Virus record (IMG/VR): IMGVR_UViG_3300037467_001462 | Span: 1 to 64,000 of that record | Strand: one strand, 5' to 3' | Length of the DNA: 64,000 bases | From: a virus | In this document: piece by piece, positions 7,550 through 18,448 of the stretch | Layout of the letters: each line of letters begins with the position of its first letter | How positions within the stretch are numbered: position 1 is the first letter of the stretch | Program-made: the position numbers and the translations under genes | The notes under the pieces: generated by a model | What the model was told of the DNA's origin: nothing | Seen by the model: only the letters and a program-made list of their open reading frames with translations | The model's database searches: none

Positions 7550-10500
7550 ATGCCTGCTGACTATCAAGCGGGAACCGCGGCGCTCGTGCTCCGGCCCGCC
7601 CTGGACAGGGCGTTTCGGCAGCAGGTGAAAGCCCTACTCGCTCCGATCGACGAGTCGCTGAAGGTGTCGGTCAAACCGCAATTGGTGTCCGGGTTCCGGA
7701 CCCAGTTGCGGGCGTTGGTGAAGTCGGCCGGCGAGAACGTCGATGCAACCGTAGGTGTGAAGGTTGACGCGAAATCGGTTCGTGCGCAACTGAAAGCGCA
7801 GACGAAGGATCTGCCCGACCTGAAGCTGAATGCCCAACTCAACTTCGCGAAGGCGGATGCACAGTTGGCGGCCTGGCGTCGCAGGGTGGAGCGCGACTCG
7901 ATCACCCTGAACGTCAACGCCGACACCGGTGCAGCCGCAGCACAACTGATGGCGTTGCGGTCCCTCGCGTCGGCAGTCAGCAATCAGATCAGCGGAACCG
8001 CATCCAGCACGCGCGGCATCCTCATCAGCGGAGCCAACCGTCAACTGCGTGGCGGCATCATTGCCCGACCGATCCGCGCCTACCGCATCCAGGTCGAAGT
8101 CGACAAAGCCAGCCTCGCGAAAGCGCAATCCGACCTCGCCAACATTCAGTCGAAGCTGGAGTCTGCCAAACGCGCCCAAGGCGACGCCGCAGACAAGGCG
8201 ACTCTCGCTGAAGCCCGCTACAACGAAGTCAGCCAGCGCGTCAACGCCTCCGACTCCGCACGCATCGCCTCCACCCAGAATCTCGCCCGCGCGCGCCGCA
8301 CCCTCGCCGACTCGATCGGCCGCGTCAGCGCGCTCACCGAAGCCGAAAGCCGCGCTCACAACAGGGTCACGGAAGCACAACGCACGGCCGGAAACTCCAC
8401 CTCCGCGCTAGGTGCCGCCTTCCGCGCATTCGGGGCCGCGTCCTTGCAGGCTATCGGTTCGCTGTCCAGCAAAATGCTCAGCTTCGGCAGCATCACTGGC
8501 CTCGTCCAAATCGCCCTGGTCGGCTTGGCAGCAGTGTCCTTGGTCCCGCTGATCGGACAACTGGCGCAGGCCGCTGGCATCATCGGCCTCCTCCCTGGCG
8601 CACTCGCAGGCGCCCTCTCGGTCTTCGCTGCGTTGAAGCTCGGCACGATGGGCATCGCCGACGCGTTCAAAGCTGCCGGCAAAGCCTCCGACGATGCGGG
8701 CAAGTCCGCGAAAGAGCACGCCGACAAGGTCGCCTCCGCGCAGAAGGAAGCCCGCTCCGCCGCCCGTGGCGTTGAGGAAGCGCAGAAGGGTGTCCGCGAC
8801 GCAGAGCGTGGTGTTCGGGATGCGCAGAAGGAGTCCCTGAACGCGCAGAAGGACTTGAACCGCGCCCGTAAGGACGCGCTGCGGGACCTTCAGGACATCA
8901 ACCGCGAGCTGCGGCGCGCCTCTCTGGATGAAGAGGGCGCAGCCATCAGCGTTGCTGAGGCGCGGATGGACCTCATCAAAACGATGCAGGACCCGAACGC
9001 GACTCCCATCGACCGCGCCCGCGCCTTGCATCAGGTGAAGGTCGCTGAAGCTGACCAGGAAGACACCAAGGTCAATGCTCAACGGACGCGTGAAGATGCT
9101 GCGGAAGCGAACCAGAAGGGCGTCGAAGGTAGCGACAAGGTCGTCAATGCGAAGGACCGTGTCGCGAAGGCAGCTGAGGCTGAAGCGGACGCGAATGAGC
9201 GTGTCGTCGAAGCGAATCAACGCCTGTCAGATGCGAACGAGAACCTGGTTGACGCCCAGCGGAAGCTGACGGAGGCGATCAACGACACCGGCAATTCCGC
9301 TGACGAGTTCAAGAAGAAGATGGACAAGCTGTCGCCAGCTGCCCAGGACTTCGTCAACAAACTGCTCGGCCTGAAACCTCAGCTCAAAGACTTCAAAAAC
9401 GCAGTCCAAGACGCCCTGTTCGACAAGCTCGGCGACTCAGCTACCACATTCATCAACCGCTGGCTTCCGGACATGAAGGCCGGACTGTCAGGCATCGCCA
9501 GCGAAATCAACAACGGCGTCCGCCGCGCACTCGCAGACCTGGACACCGATGCGACGCGGTCGAAGGTGACCCATATCTTCGATCGGGTCAAAGAGTCGAT
9601 TCCGCCGGTTATCGATGGAATCACCAACCTGATCCAGGGATTGCTGTCCCTCGCAGGAGTGGGCACAGACTTCCTGCCCGGCATTTCCAGTGGATTCCTC
9701 GGACTCACAGAACGCTTCCGGCAGTGGGCTGAATCGCCCGACGGTCAGGCGCGATTCCACAACTTCCTGCAAAACTCGCTCGACACCTTCCAGCAGATCA
9801 TGGACATCGCCAAAGAACTTGGCGGCGTGATCAAGGCCCTGTTCAAGGGGTCTGACGACACGGGGAAGTCGTGGCTCGATTCGCTCCAGAGCACCTTCAA
9901 GGACTGGAAAGAGTTCCTTGGTTCGCCTGAGGGCCAGCAGAAGATCAAGGGCTTCTTCAACGACGTCAAGACCGTCGTTGATGGGATCGTCTCAGCACTC
10001 AAACTTGGCGCCAAGATCCTCGGCTGGTTCGCGCCCGCACCAGAGTCAGACGACAATAGCGGCGACAGTACAGACGACACCAGCACCAGCAGCAGCACAG
10101 GGGAACAGAGCAAACCTGGCACAGGGGACAACATGCCCCCCGCACCGCCCGGCTTGGGTGGCAGCCAGAACAACTCGCCCGGAACCCACACGAACGCACC
10201 CGCCAGCAAACTGACACCGAAGCCGAAGGGCAAAGTTCCAGAACGGCTCAAGCCCGGTGACGCCGAAAAGGCTGGCTGGTTCCGCCAAATCTGGGACGCC
10301 GCAGATAACGACAAGGGCTGGCTGGGCAAGTTCGAACGCGGCTTCAACTCCTTCTTCGGCTACAACAACGAAACCGACTCCTACGACGACAACGGCGCCG
10401 GCCGGAAACGTCGGGAGGAGAAGAAGAAGCAGGAAGAGGCCAACAAACCGAAGCTGAATCCGAATCCTGCTCCCGGACCGTCCCGGCTTGGAGGGGTACC

Positions 10501-13234
10501 GGACCTGTGGCCCGGCTACTCCATGCAGCAGCCCGCTGCACCTGCAGGGCCGTCGAGAGTCGGCGATGTTCAGTCGCTGTGGCCTAGCAGTCCCGCGCAG
10601 CCTGCACCGACACCACCTTCGCCGCCCCAGCCTGCACCGACCGTTCCCGCGGCCGTAACTCCCCCTCCGGCACCCGCCCCAGCGGCGCCGCCGAAGATTG
10701 CGAGCCCGCAGCAGATGTGGCCCACCGCCACACCACCTGCACCCGCGCCCGCTCCTGCCCCGGCTGCGCAACCGGCACCGCCCGCGCAGCCGGACGAGTT
10801 CACGAAGACGCAACAGGCGTTCGACGCGTTCTCGAAATCGCTGGACGACAAGGCCGCGAAGGTCAACGGGATCCTGGACACGATCAAAACGAAGATCGGC
10901 GATCTCGGAACCGCGTCCGACACGACCTTCACTGTGAAGCTTGTTCCGTCACTTGACAATTTCGCCAACAAGCTGCCCGTGGTCCGCGACGGAGTGAACG
11001 TATTCGCAGGCGATGTCCAGAAGGCGTGGAAGCAAACCGAAGACTCGCTGACCGACTCGCAGAAGCGATTGAGCGGCGACGGATTCCTCGAACCGCTGAA
11101 ACGCGCTCTGGGATCACTGCCGGACTTCTTCGGCAAACTGGTCACCGACATCGGCTCGAAGTGGGGCCAACTGCCCACCGTGGCAGTCGGCCCAATCAAT
11201 TCCCTGATCGACTACTGGAACCAGGTCGGCACCCTCTGGAACAAGGTCGCCGACATCGTCAAACTGCCCGACACCGGCAAGTGGACACCGATGGATCACA
11301 TCGGCGCCGCAGCACCAGGGCGTTGGATGGGCGGCCCGGTCTACGGTCCGGGCGGCGGCACTGACGACAAGGCCGGCCTGTACCGGTTGTCGAACGGCGA
11401 GCACGTCTGGACGAAGGCGGAGGTCGACGCGGCTGGCGGCCACCAGAACATGTACAAGCTCCGCAAGTCGGTGCTCGCATCCGGTGGACAGCAGGCACAG
11501 GGCGCGAACTATGCGATCGGTGGCGGCGTCCAATTCGGCTCCGACGCGGACCGTTGGATGGCTGACGTCATCCAAAAAGCGTTCTCCAACGCGACCGTCA
11601 CGTCGGCGTTGCGGCCTGGCGACTCCGGTTTCCACGGCTCCGGTCAAGCGATCGACGTTGACGGCCCGAAGCAGGACATCGCGAACTGGATCTACGACCA
11701 GTACCCGCAGTCCACGCAGCTGATCTATGGGCCCGGACCGCTGCTGTACAACGCACGCGGATACGCGGCGAACCCTGGTAATCAGGCCGAGTTGCGTGGC
11801 ATCTACGCGGGCGACCTCGCAGCGCACTTCGATCACGTGCATTGGGCGAACATCGCACCCTTGCAGGCGCTTTCACCTGAGGCACGTAAGGATCTGTTCT
11901 CCCGGATCAGTTCACGCATCAGCTCCGGCGGTAGCGCTCTGGTGCAATCCCAGTTCGCGCAACCGTTGCGGGCGTTGGCGGACTCGATCCCGAACGTCCC
12001 TGGTATCGGCAAGATCGGCGAGATCCCGAAGGCGATGGCCAAACGCATCGCCGACGAGCTGATCTCGTTCGTGTCCGGCGCTGTCGGCGCATCGGGTGCG
12101 GTCAACTACAACCCGACCGCGGGTGTCGAGCAGTGGCGTGCGCTCGCTATCGAGGCCATGCGCCGCACCGGATTCGACCCGGACAATCCTGCCCAGTTGA
12201 ATGCGATGCTGGCGCAGATCGGGTCGGAGTCGGGCGGCAACCCGAACGCCATCAACCTGTGGGACTCCAACGCTGTTGCAGGACATCCGTCGCAGGGCTT
12301 GTTGCAGACGATCCCGTCGACGTTTGAGGCGTACCGCGACAAGAGTCTGTCGGACAACATCAACGACCCGCTCGCCAACATGGTCGCCGCCCTCAACTAC
12401 TACCGGGCCACCTACGGCAACGATTTGACCGCACAGTGGGGTCAAGGCCACGGCTACGACCAGGGCGGCATCTTCAAACACAACACCTTCGGGTGGAACA
12501 CCTCGGGCCTTCCTGAGGCCGTGCTGACGAACCCGCAGTGGAACATGTTCCGCGACTTCATCAACCGCATGCCGGGGATGAGCGACAAGTTGCAGGCGAT
12601 CCCGCAAGCAACCCCCGCCGGGACACCACCAGGGACGCCGCCCGAACCGGCACCACCGATCGGGCATGTCGGCGGCTTGGATCGCCTGTTCGGCGAGTAC
12701 GGACAGCAACTGGGCCACAACATCAACCCACTGATCCCGTCACCGACACCGGACACCAGTCCCGAGGCGTTGAAGTGGGCGACCGACAACCCCGGCATCG
12801 ACACCGGCGTCACCCTCGCCAATAAGACGGTGGACCGCTTCAAGGGCGCGTTCGACTCGGGTCTGAATGACCTGATCGGCGCCAACCTGGGCCCGCTCGG
12901 CATCCCGGACCCGCGGACTATCCCGGTCGTCAAGGGGCTCACCGATTACGGCAACCAGCTCGACGCCTGGCAGAAGGCGAAGATCGCCAACGCCCAAGCC
13001 ACGCAAGCGCTGGGCTCAACGCCCGGCAGCGGCCCTGCCGGCGCATCACCGGTCGGCACCGCGAACGTCGTGATCAATGGCGGCACGCAGGACGCGAACG
13101 GCGGATCAGGGGCGGGTGTCGTTTACGACTACTCGACCCACATCCAGATCACGCCGACCGATCCGAACAATGCAATCGCGCAGGCGCAACGTCTCGCGGA
13201 TTTGCGGGCACTCACCCACACTTCAAGAGGCTAA
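7550..13234 (+). CDS. Tape measure protein with C-terminal zinc-peptidase-like and lytic transglycosylase (SLT) domains
   Basis: 1894 aa; coiled coils and TM segments; H..G.A.D...H.DHVH motif (about 11600-11850); ESGGNPNA...GLLQ motif (about 12220-12320). Confidence 0.93.
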   Translation: MPADYQAGTAALVLRPALDRAFRQQVKALLAPIDESLKVSVKPQLVSGFRTQLRALVKSAGENVDATVGVKVDAKSVRAQLKAQTKDLPDLKLNAQLNFAKADAQLAAWRRRVERDSITLNVNADTGAAAAQLMALRSLASAVSNQISGTASSTRGILISGANRQLRGGIIARPIRAYRIQVEVDKASLAKAQSDLANIQSKLESAKRAQGDAADKATLAEARYNEVSQRVNASDSARIASTQNLARARRTLADSIGRVSALTEAESRAHNRVTEAQRTAGNSTSALGAAFRAFGAASLQAIGSLSSKMLSFGSITGLVQIALVGLAAVSLVPLIGQLAQAAGIIGLLPGALAGALSVFAALKLGTMGIADAFKAAGKASDDAGKSAKEHADKVASAQKEARSAARGVEEAQKGVRDAERGVRDAQKESLNAQKDLNRARKDALRDLQDINRELRRASLDEEGAAISVAEARMDLIKTMQDPNATPIDRARALHQVKVAEADQEDTKVNAQRTREDAAEANQKGVEGSDKVVNAKDRVAKAAEAEADANERVVEANQRLSDANENLVDAQRKLTEAINDTGNSADEFKKKMDKLSPAAQDFVNKLLGLKPQLKDFKNAVQDALFDKLGDSATTFINRWLPDMKAGLSGIASEINNGVRRALADLDTDATRSKVTHIFDRVKESIPPVIDGITNLIQGLLSLAGVGTDFLPGISSGFLGLTERFRQWAESPDGQARFHNFLQNSLDTFQQIMDIAKELGGVIKALFKGSDDTGKSWLDSLQSTFKDWKEFLGSPEGQQKIKGFFNDVKTVVDGIVSALKLGAKILGWFAPAPESDDNSGDSTDDTSTSSSTGEQSKPGTGDNMPPAPPGLGGSQNNSPGTHTNAPASKLTPKPKGKVPERLKPGDAEKAGWFRQIWDAADNDKGWLGKFERGFNSFFGYNNETDSYDDNGAGRKRREEKKKQEEANKPKLNPNPAPGPSRLGGVPDLWPGYSMQQPAAPAGPSRVGDVQSLWPSSPAQPAPTPPSPPQPAPTVPAAVTPPPAPAPAAPPKIASPQQMWPTATPPAPAPAPAPAAQPAPPAQPDEFTKTQQAFDAFSKSLDDKAAKVNGILDTIKTKIGDLGTASDTTFTVKLVPSLDNFANKLPVVRDGVNVFAGDVQKAWKQTEDSLTDSQKRLSGDGFLEPLKRALGSLPDFFGKLVTDIGSKWGQLPTVAVGPINSLIDYWNQVGTLWNKVADIVKLPDTGKWTPMDHIGAAAPGRWMGGPVYGPGGGTDDKAGLYRLSNGEHVWTKAEVDAAGGHQNMYKLRKSVLASGGQQAQGANYAIGGGVQFGSDADRWMADVIQKAFSNATVTSALRPGDSGFHGSGQAIDVDGPKQDIANWIYDQYPQSTQLIYGPGPLLYNARGYAANPGNQAELRGIYAGDLAAHFDHVHWANIAPLQALSPEARKDLFSRISSRISSGGSALVQSQFAQPLRALADSIPNVPGIGKIGEIPKAMAKRIADELISFVSGAVGASGAVNYNPTAGVEQWRALAIEAMRRTGFDPDNPAQLNAMLAQIGSESGGNPNAINLWDSNAVAGHPSQGLLQTIPSTFEAYRDKSLSDNINDPLANMVAALNYYRATYGNDLTAQWGQGHGYDQGGIFKHNTFGWNTSGLPEAVLTNPQWNMFRDFINRMPGMSDKLQAIPQATPAGTPPGTPPEPAPPIGHVGGLDRLFGEYGQQLGHNINPLIPSPTPDTSPEALKWATDNPGIDTGVTLANKTVDRFKGAFDSGLNDLIGANLGPLGIPDPRTIPVVKGLTDYGNQLDAWQKAKIANAQATQALGSTPGSGPAGASPVGTANVVINGGTQDANGGSGAGVVYDYSTHIQITPTDPNNAIAQAQRLADLRALTHTSRG

Positions 13235-14164
13235 ATGCAGCGTCAGTCAGCGAAGGTGGAAATCTTCGGGGTTGACGACTCGTATTTCATCATCAATGGT
13301 CCCGGCGCGACAGAGAACTTGTTCCTCGAAAAGGGAATCAAGGGCATCTATGACGCGCCGGTTACCACCAGATACAAATCGAGCGTCTACCAGCGTGGCT
13401 CCACCTATCAAGGTAAGAAAGTCAAGCAACGCGACATCGCGTTCGCAGTCAACATCAAAGGACAGACGCCGGAGGACTGGGAAGACCTCGACTCCAAGTG
13501 GCGTGCAGCGTGGGATTACGAAGCCGATCCGTGGGATCCGGACGCCCACCTAACGAAAATGTCGATCACCACCAGCCGCAGCGGCACACGTTCGCTGTGG
13601 CTGGCGATGAACGACAGCCCAGAATTCGAACCGGAGAAGGATCCGCACCTGACCCGATCGGCGACAGTGCCGATGATGGTGACCGCGGCGCAACCGTTCT
13701 GGTTCGAAGACAAATGGGAAGACACCCCGTTCGACTACTTTGAAACAGGATCCTCGGGGACCTCCAACGGATTCGTCACAATCGCAAACCCCACCGATCA
13801 ACCCATGTATCTGAAGTGGGTAGTAACGCAGGGCAAGTGGACGCTGCCGGACTATTCGTGGACCGGAAAGAAGTACCACCGCGTTCCGGGTGGAGATTGG
13901 GCTAACCGCCTCATCACCCTGCCCACCCTGAACGCCACCAACGGCGGCGCACGTATCGACATCGATCCCATGAAGCTCATGATTAGGGACTTTTCAAACA
14001 CCAACCTGATCGGGTTGATGAACGGGATCTATTTCATGAATAGGGTCCCGCCGTACACGCCGCCTACCGATATTCCGGTGAAGGTGGAGGGTGCGCCGAC
14101 TGGGGGAGCGCGTGTTGAAGTCTATTGCCCGCACCGGTGGGGCCGCCCATGGGGATTGTTCTAG
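13235..14164 (+). CDS. Minor tail protein (distal tail/Dit-like)
   Basis: First gene after tape measure; NPTDQPMYLKW motif. Confidence 0.8.
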   Translation: MQRQSAKVEIFGVDDSYFIINGPGATENLFLEKGIKGIYDAPVTTRYKSSVYQRGSTYQGKKVKQRDIAFAVNIKGQTPEDWEDLDSKWRAAWDYEADPWDPDAHLTKMSITTSRSGTRSLWLAMNDSPEFEPEKDPHLTRSATVPMMVTAAQPFWFEDKWEDTPFDYFETGSSGTSNGFVTIANPTDQPMYLKWVVTQGKWTLPDYSWTGKKYHRVPGGDWANRLITLPTLNATNGGARIDIDPMKLMIRDFSNTNLIGLMNGIYFMNRVPPYTPPTDIPVKVEGAPTGGARVEVYCPHRWGRPWGLF

Positions 14165-15871
14165 ATGACAGACATTTCTACGCTTTCATTGCAGGAGCAG
14201 TGTGAATTAATCTGGTCAACCACCGTCCAGCGTGAAAAAGACGAGGCCCGCGCCCGTCTGGAACCGCCGCTGGTTCGCGTCTTTAACGGGGATGGCCATC
14301 TTCAGGGCGTTTTAAAAACTGAGTACTCAGCCCAGTTTACGTGGTTAGATAACGACGCTGGAACAGGGCAGGTTGAAATACCGCTCTGGGACCCACTTGC
14401 GAAGTGGATTTACCAGGTTTCAAAACGCATCGACAACGGCGAGAAACGCAACGTCGTATTCACTGTCGACAAAGACGGCGCTCGCTGGTCCGGGACCATC
14501 GTCGACCACTCGGTTGAGAAGCGCGAGGACGGCACCCGCGTCCTCGTCGTAAGGCTCATCCACGACTTCGACCAGCTGAAGTACTACCTGGCCTGGTGTA
14601 ACCCGTTCCTGCCGGACTTTGTGCAGTTCCCGCGGGTTTTCTTCCTCGCCGGCCCCAGCATCTGGGGCTTGAAGACCGCTCTGTTCCTGAACGTCATGCG
14701 GGAACAGGAGAACTGGTACTGGGCCCTTCCGGACGACCCGCAAAACCAGACAGGCGCTCCCGGTATGGGGGACTGGTCGGTGGTCATCAAGCCGACAACG
14801 TTCTTGGACGATATGAATGCGGGAACGCTCTGGTCGATCCCGAACAGCCGTTTTAAATACTGGGTCGACATGTCGAAAGACATTCTCGAAGACGCCCAGC
14901 TTTCGGTGCAGGTTCGGCGTTTCATCGAAACCGATGACGAGCAGCCGATCGAGGGTCAAACGCTCCGCAACATGGCGCTCGTTGTCGACATCGTCGACAA
15001 ATCCGGATATTACACGGACACCTCCAATGGTGGTGACCCGTTCCTCGGTTTGAAACGCACTTTCGCGCAGCTCGCCGACGACTACATCGACGAAGTTGTC
15101 GAAGACGTCATCGACCCATCTATCCCGGACTCGTACAAGATTCCCGGCCTCAAACTGACTGACAAGATTTGCCCATACGTCGTCTACCTTGAGGGTGAAG
15201 AAACCGGCATCGAATCGTCCAAGTTCCTGTACACCTACGGCACCGCAGTGTCGATCGTGACGGGTGGGCATTCGTTCCCGTTCGTCAACGAAATCATCTC
15301 CGCGACCATCCAAACAATCGGCGACGCCATCGCAGCCGCGATCGTCATCCCGCCGGTTGGCGGCGCGGTCGATGCAATGCTTCAGCCCCTTTACTGGGAC
15401 ACAATCGCCGCCTGGATGCATTTCGCTTCACCGGGGCGTGTCGCTAATTCTGGCTGGATCCGGAAATTCGAATACCGGGCTGGTGCGAGCGACCGCGCCT
15501 TCACTCTGGAAGCGCTACTCAGTCTACGCAAGGGCTTCCACGAAACCAGGTCTTGGTTCTCGCATGAAGTAACTCTCCGCGATGGCGCCCCGTGGTATAT
15601 CGGCGACAACGGTAAAGGTCACTTCTTCCTCGGCGACCGGATCGGCGCGCAAGTCCTCGGCGACTTCGCCAGCCAGTACGGATTCAACGACTACACCATT
15701 TACGTCGACCGCGTCCGCGAAATCACTTTGGCCTGGAATGAAGACTCATTTGCGGAATGGGCTTGCACCATCGGCGAAAAAGAAAAGAACAAGGACAGAG
15801 GGCAACGCGCACTTGGCCTCATCAGCGACCTCACGAGCGCGCTGCATGAGGTAGGCGTGATGGGCCGATAA
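14165..15871 (+). CDS. Minor tail protein (baseplate hub/Gp37-like)
   Basis: PLVRVFNGD, WCNPFLP...QFP and HFFLGDRIG motifs typical of actinophage minor tails. Confidence 0.85.
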   Translation: MTDISTLSLQEQCELIWSTTVQREKDEARARLEPPLVRVFNGDGHLQGVLKTEYSAQFTWLDNDAGTGQVEIPLWDPLAKWIYQVSKRIDNGEKRNVVFTVDKDGARWSGTIVDHSVEKREDGTRVLVVRLIHDFDQLKYYLAWCNPFLPDFVQFPRVFFLAGPSIWGLKTALFLNVMREQENWYWALPDDPQNQTGAPGMGDWSVVIKPTTFLDDMNAGTLWSIPNSRFKYWVDMSKDILEDAQLSVQVRRFIETDDEQPIEGQTLRNMALVVDIVDKSGYYTDTSNGGDPFLGLKRTFAQLADDYIDEVVEDVIDPSIPDSYKIPGLKLTDKICPYVVYLEGEETGIESSKFLYTYGTAVSIVTGGHSFPFVNEIISATIQTIGDAIAAAIVIPPVGGAVDAMLQPLYWDTIAAWMHFASPGRVANSGWIRKFEYRAGASDRAFTLEALLSLRKGFHETRSWFSHEVTLRDGAPWYIGDNGKGHFFLGDRIGAQVLGDFASQYGFNDYTIYVDRVREITLAWNEDSFAEWACTIGEKEKNKDRGQRALGLISDLTSALHEVGVMGR

Positions 15872-15884
15872 GCCAGGAGAGAAA

Positions 15885-16583
15885 TTGACCACGGTCACGA
15901 TTGAAACCCCGGACGGCCCGATCGAAGTCGACACTTCGCCGTGGCTGAAAGACGGCGAATTCCCCACCAAAGAACGCTGCAATCCCAATTGCAGCTCGGA
16001 AGCATTCGTCTGGCAGTACGTCGGATTACCGGGAATGAAGGGCGCTCCGCTCGCTTTCCCGACCGAGTACCTGAAGATGGTGTCTCAACGCCAGTGGGAT
16101 TGCGGTGCCCGCCCAGCGGACTCGGTGATCCCGCCCGAGGTGACGATCAAATACCAGCGGCCCCGACAGACGGACCCGCACTGGCTGACCTCGCCCGGTG
16201 TGTGGGTTGACAAAGACGAGCCCGATCGGGACCAGTTCGACATCAAGGAATTCGTGACTGGGCTGCCGCGCGACGCTCGCCGGCAACTCGCCGAAGCTCT
16301 CGGTTTCGATCCCGAGGGCGCTGTCCCAGCGGATCAGCAAATCATCGAACGCTTCGAGGGCGCGAAACAGCCACGCCCACAAGGGAACGTAGTCCGCGGC
16401 GGGGCAACGGTATCGAATGAGCCGCGCCCCTTCTGCCCGCTCGATCATGGCGTGACAGAGGTTCTCGCCTACCTGCGTGACGCACCCCCGGAGGAACGAG
16501 ATCGGGTCGTGGCGATCGAACGCAACCTCAACGACAACCCCCGCCAGGGCATTCTTCGACGCTACAAGGAGGCGGGCCTATGA
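15885..16583 (+). CDS. Minor tail-associated protein (DUF2744-like) with extra C-terminal helical domain
   Basis: EAFVW...GLP...GAPL and PGVWV motifs; synteny. Confidence 0.65.
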   Translation: MTTVTIETPDGPIEVDTSPWLKDGEFPTKERCNPNCSSEAFVWQYVGLPGMKGAPLAFPTEYLKMVSQRQWDCGARPADSVIPPEVTIKYQRPRQTDPHWLTSPGVWVDKDEPDRDQFDIKEFVTGLPRDARRQLAEALGFDPEGAVPADQQIIERFEGAKQPRPQGNVVRGGATVSNEPRPFCPLDHGVTEVLAYLRDAPPEERDRVVAIERNLNDNPRQGILRRYKEAGL

Positions 16584-17695
16584 CGGATTCGCTTTTCGCT
16601 GACGTGAGCGAGTTTCAGGTACCGATCAACGATTCGTACCCGTACCAGATCGCGTCCATCCGCTCCAACGACGGCACCTACCGAGACCGCAACTTCGCCC
16701 AGAACTACGCCTGGTGCAAGGCCGCCGCAGACTCGGGCCGCATCTCCTGCTTCATCGTCTACTTCTATTGGCGGTCGAACTGGGACAGCACCGTTCAGAC
16801 GCACATCGACATGATCAATGCGAACGGTGGCCCGCACCCAAAGATGATCACGATGATCGACGTCGAGTCGGGCGGCAACCCTGGCGGCGACCAGTCGGAC
16901 GGTATCAACCGCTCGTATTGGAAAGCCGCCGAATGGCTGGGCAATCCGAAGCGGGTCATCGGCTACGCCAATAGCGGCGACTTCTACTCGATGTGGCCGA
17001 CCCGCCCTGACGGTTTGCGTGTGATCGGCGCCGGCTACGGCAGCCTCCCCAACCTTCCTGGACTTCTGGCGCATCAGTACACCGATGGCCAGGGTTTCGG
17101 TGGTGGCCTGCCCGAGGGGTGTCCTCCGTTCGGCAACTGCGATATGAACGCCGCGAACGGCTTGAGCCCGCAAGACTTCGCCGCAGCTTGCGGTATCGGT
17201 GAGTACACGTTGGTGCCGAACGCCATCAACGACAAGGAAGCCGTATCCGGCTGGCTCGGGAAGCGGCTGACCGCGGACGAGCAGGTGTGCCCGGACGGCG
17301 TCGGACGCTACGTCCAGTACTCGGCCGGCTACATCTATTGGCACCCGGAGACGGGCGCTCATCCTATCCCGGCTTCGCTGTTCGCCCGCTGGGCTGAATT
17401 GGGTTGGGAGGCTGGCCCTGTCGGCTACCCGGTCCTCGATCACGTGGTGGTTGAGGGCGGCGAGTGCCAGGCATTCCAGGGCGGCGCTCTCTATCACAAG
17501 GACGGCGGCCCTGTCGTTTTCGTGCATGGCGCGATCGGCAACCGCTGGTCGAAAGACGGGTTCGAGAAAGGCCCGCTCGGCTGGCCCGTCTCCGATGAGC
17601 AGCCTTTCGATCGGGGCGCGGTCCAGCGCTTCGACAACGGATCCCTGTATTGGGGCCCGGATTCCACCACTCAGATCCTCGGCACTGCCGCCTGA
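16580..17695 (+). CDS. Endolysin (lysin A): GH25-like muramidase plus LGFP repeats
   Basis: ADVSEFQ and MIDVES motifs; C-terminal G(P/L)VGYP / PLGWPVSDE...QRFDNG repeats. Confidence 0.88.
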   Translation: MTDSLFADVSEFQVPINDSYPYQIASIRSNDGTYRDRNFAQNYAWCKAAADSGRISCFIVYFYWRSNWDSTVQTHIDMINANGGPHPKMITMIDVESGGNPGGDQSDGINRSYWKAAEWLGNPKRVIGYANSGDFYSMWPTRPDGLRVIGAGYGSLPNLPGLLAHQYTDGQGFGGGLPEGCPPFGNCDMNAANGLSPQDFAAACGIGEYTLVPNAINDKEAVSGWLGKRLTADEQVCPDGVGRYVQYSAGYIYWHPETGAHPIPASLFARWAELGWEAGPVGYPVLDHVVVEGGECQAFQGGALYHKDGGPVVFVHGAIGNRWSKDGFEKGPLGWPVSDEQPFDRGAVQRFDNGSLYWGPDSTTQILGTAA

Positions 17696-17719
17696 TCTCA
17701 ACCTCTAGGCAGGTTCCTC

Positions 17720-18058
17720 ATGTTTGATCGTCTCCGCGACCTCACCGCCGATGCGCGTGGCCGCCTCTACGCCCTCCTCGTACCGCTCCAGGTCGCCCTG
17801 GTGTCGTTCGGGCTGCTCGACGACTCCCACGCCGCCCTCTGGGGCTCCGTGGTCGCCGCGGTCCTCGGCTTCACTGTCGCCGGCGCCAACTCGACCGCCA
17901 CCTGGCGCACGTGGCTGTACGGCATCCTTGGCGTCGCTCAGCCGGTTCTGGTTGGATACGGCGTCGCTACTGGTTCGCAGGTTGCTTCTGTGATCGCTGT
18001 CGTGTCGGCTGCTCTCGGCTTGTCTGTGGCTGCGGTCAAGACTCCGTCGTTCGGGTAG
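17720..18058 (+). CDS. Holin
   Basis: Four hydrophobic segments in a duplicated R..LY pattern; follows lysin. Confidence 0.75.
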   Translation: MFDRLRDLTADARGRLYALLVPLQVALVSFGLLDDSHAALWGSVVAAVLGFTVAGANSTATWRTWLYGILGVAQPVLVGYGVATGSQVASVIAVVSAALGLSVAAVKTPSFG

Positions 18059-18061
18059 GTC

Positions 18062-18427
18062 TTGCTTACCGCTCTCATCGGGGCGGCTGCTGGTGTGCTC
18101 GGTGTGGTCCTGGGCTTTATTGCGCCCAGGTCCCGCAGCCTCGACTCTCAACGCGAGGATTTCAAAACCACATCCGATCTGCTGATGCGACAGGTCACTG
18201 ACCTGTTGAAGCGCGTCGAAAAGCTGGAATCACAGCACGACGAGGACGAAAAGCGCATCGACGTACTGGAAGACCAGCACCGTGAGGATACGAAACAGCA
18301 CCTCAACGACGTGCGCCGCATCAATGCACTGATTTCGTACGTGCAAGAACTGCTGTCGTTCATCCGCACGCATGTGCCTTCTCCGGAGCCTCCTCCGATT
18401 CCTCCTGAAATTTCAAAAGACATTTGA
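18062..18427 (+). CDS. Lysis-cassette membrane protein (N-terminal TM plus coiled coil)
   Basis: TM, coiled coil and PPPIP tail. Confidence 0.7.
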   Translation: MLTALIGAAAGVLGVVLGFIAPRSRSLDSQREDFKTTSDLLMRQVTDLLKRVEKLESQHDEDEKRIDVLEDQHREDTKQHLNDVRRINALISYVQELLSFIRTHVPSPEPPPIPPEISKDI

Positions 18428-18448
18428 CCCAAGTATTGGGGGTGAGCC

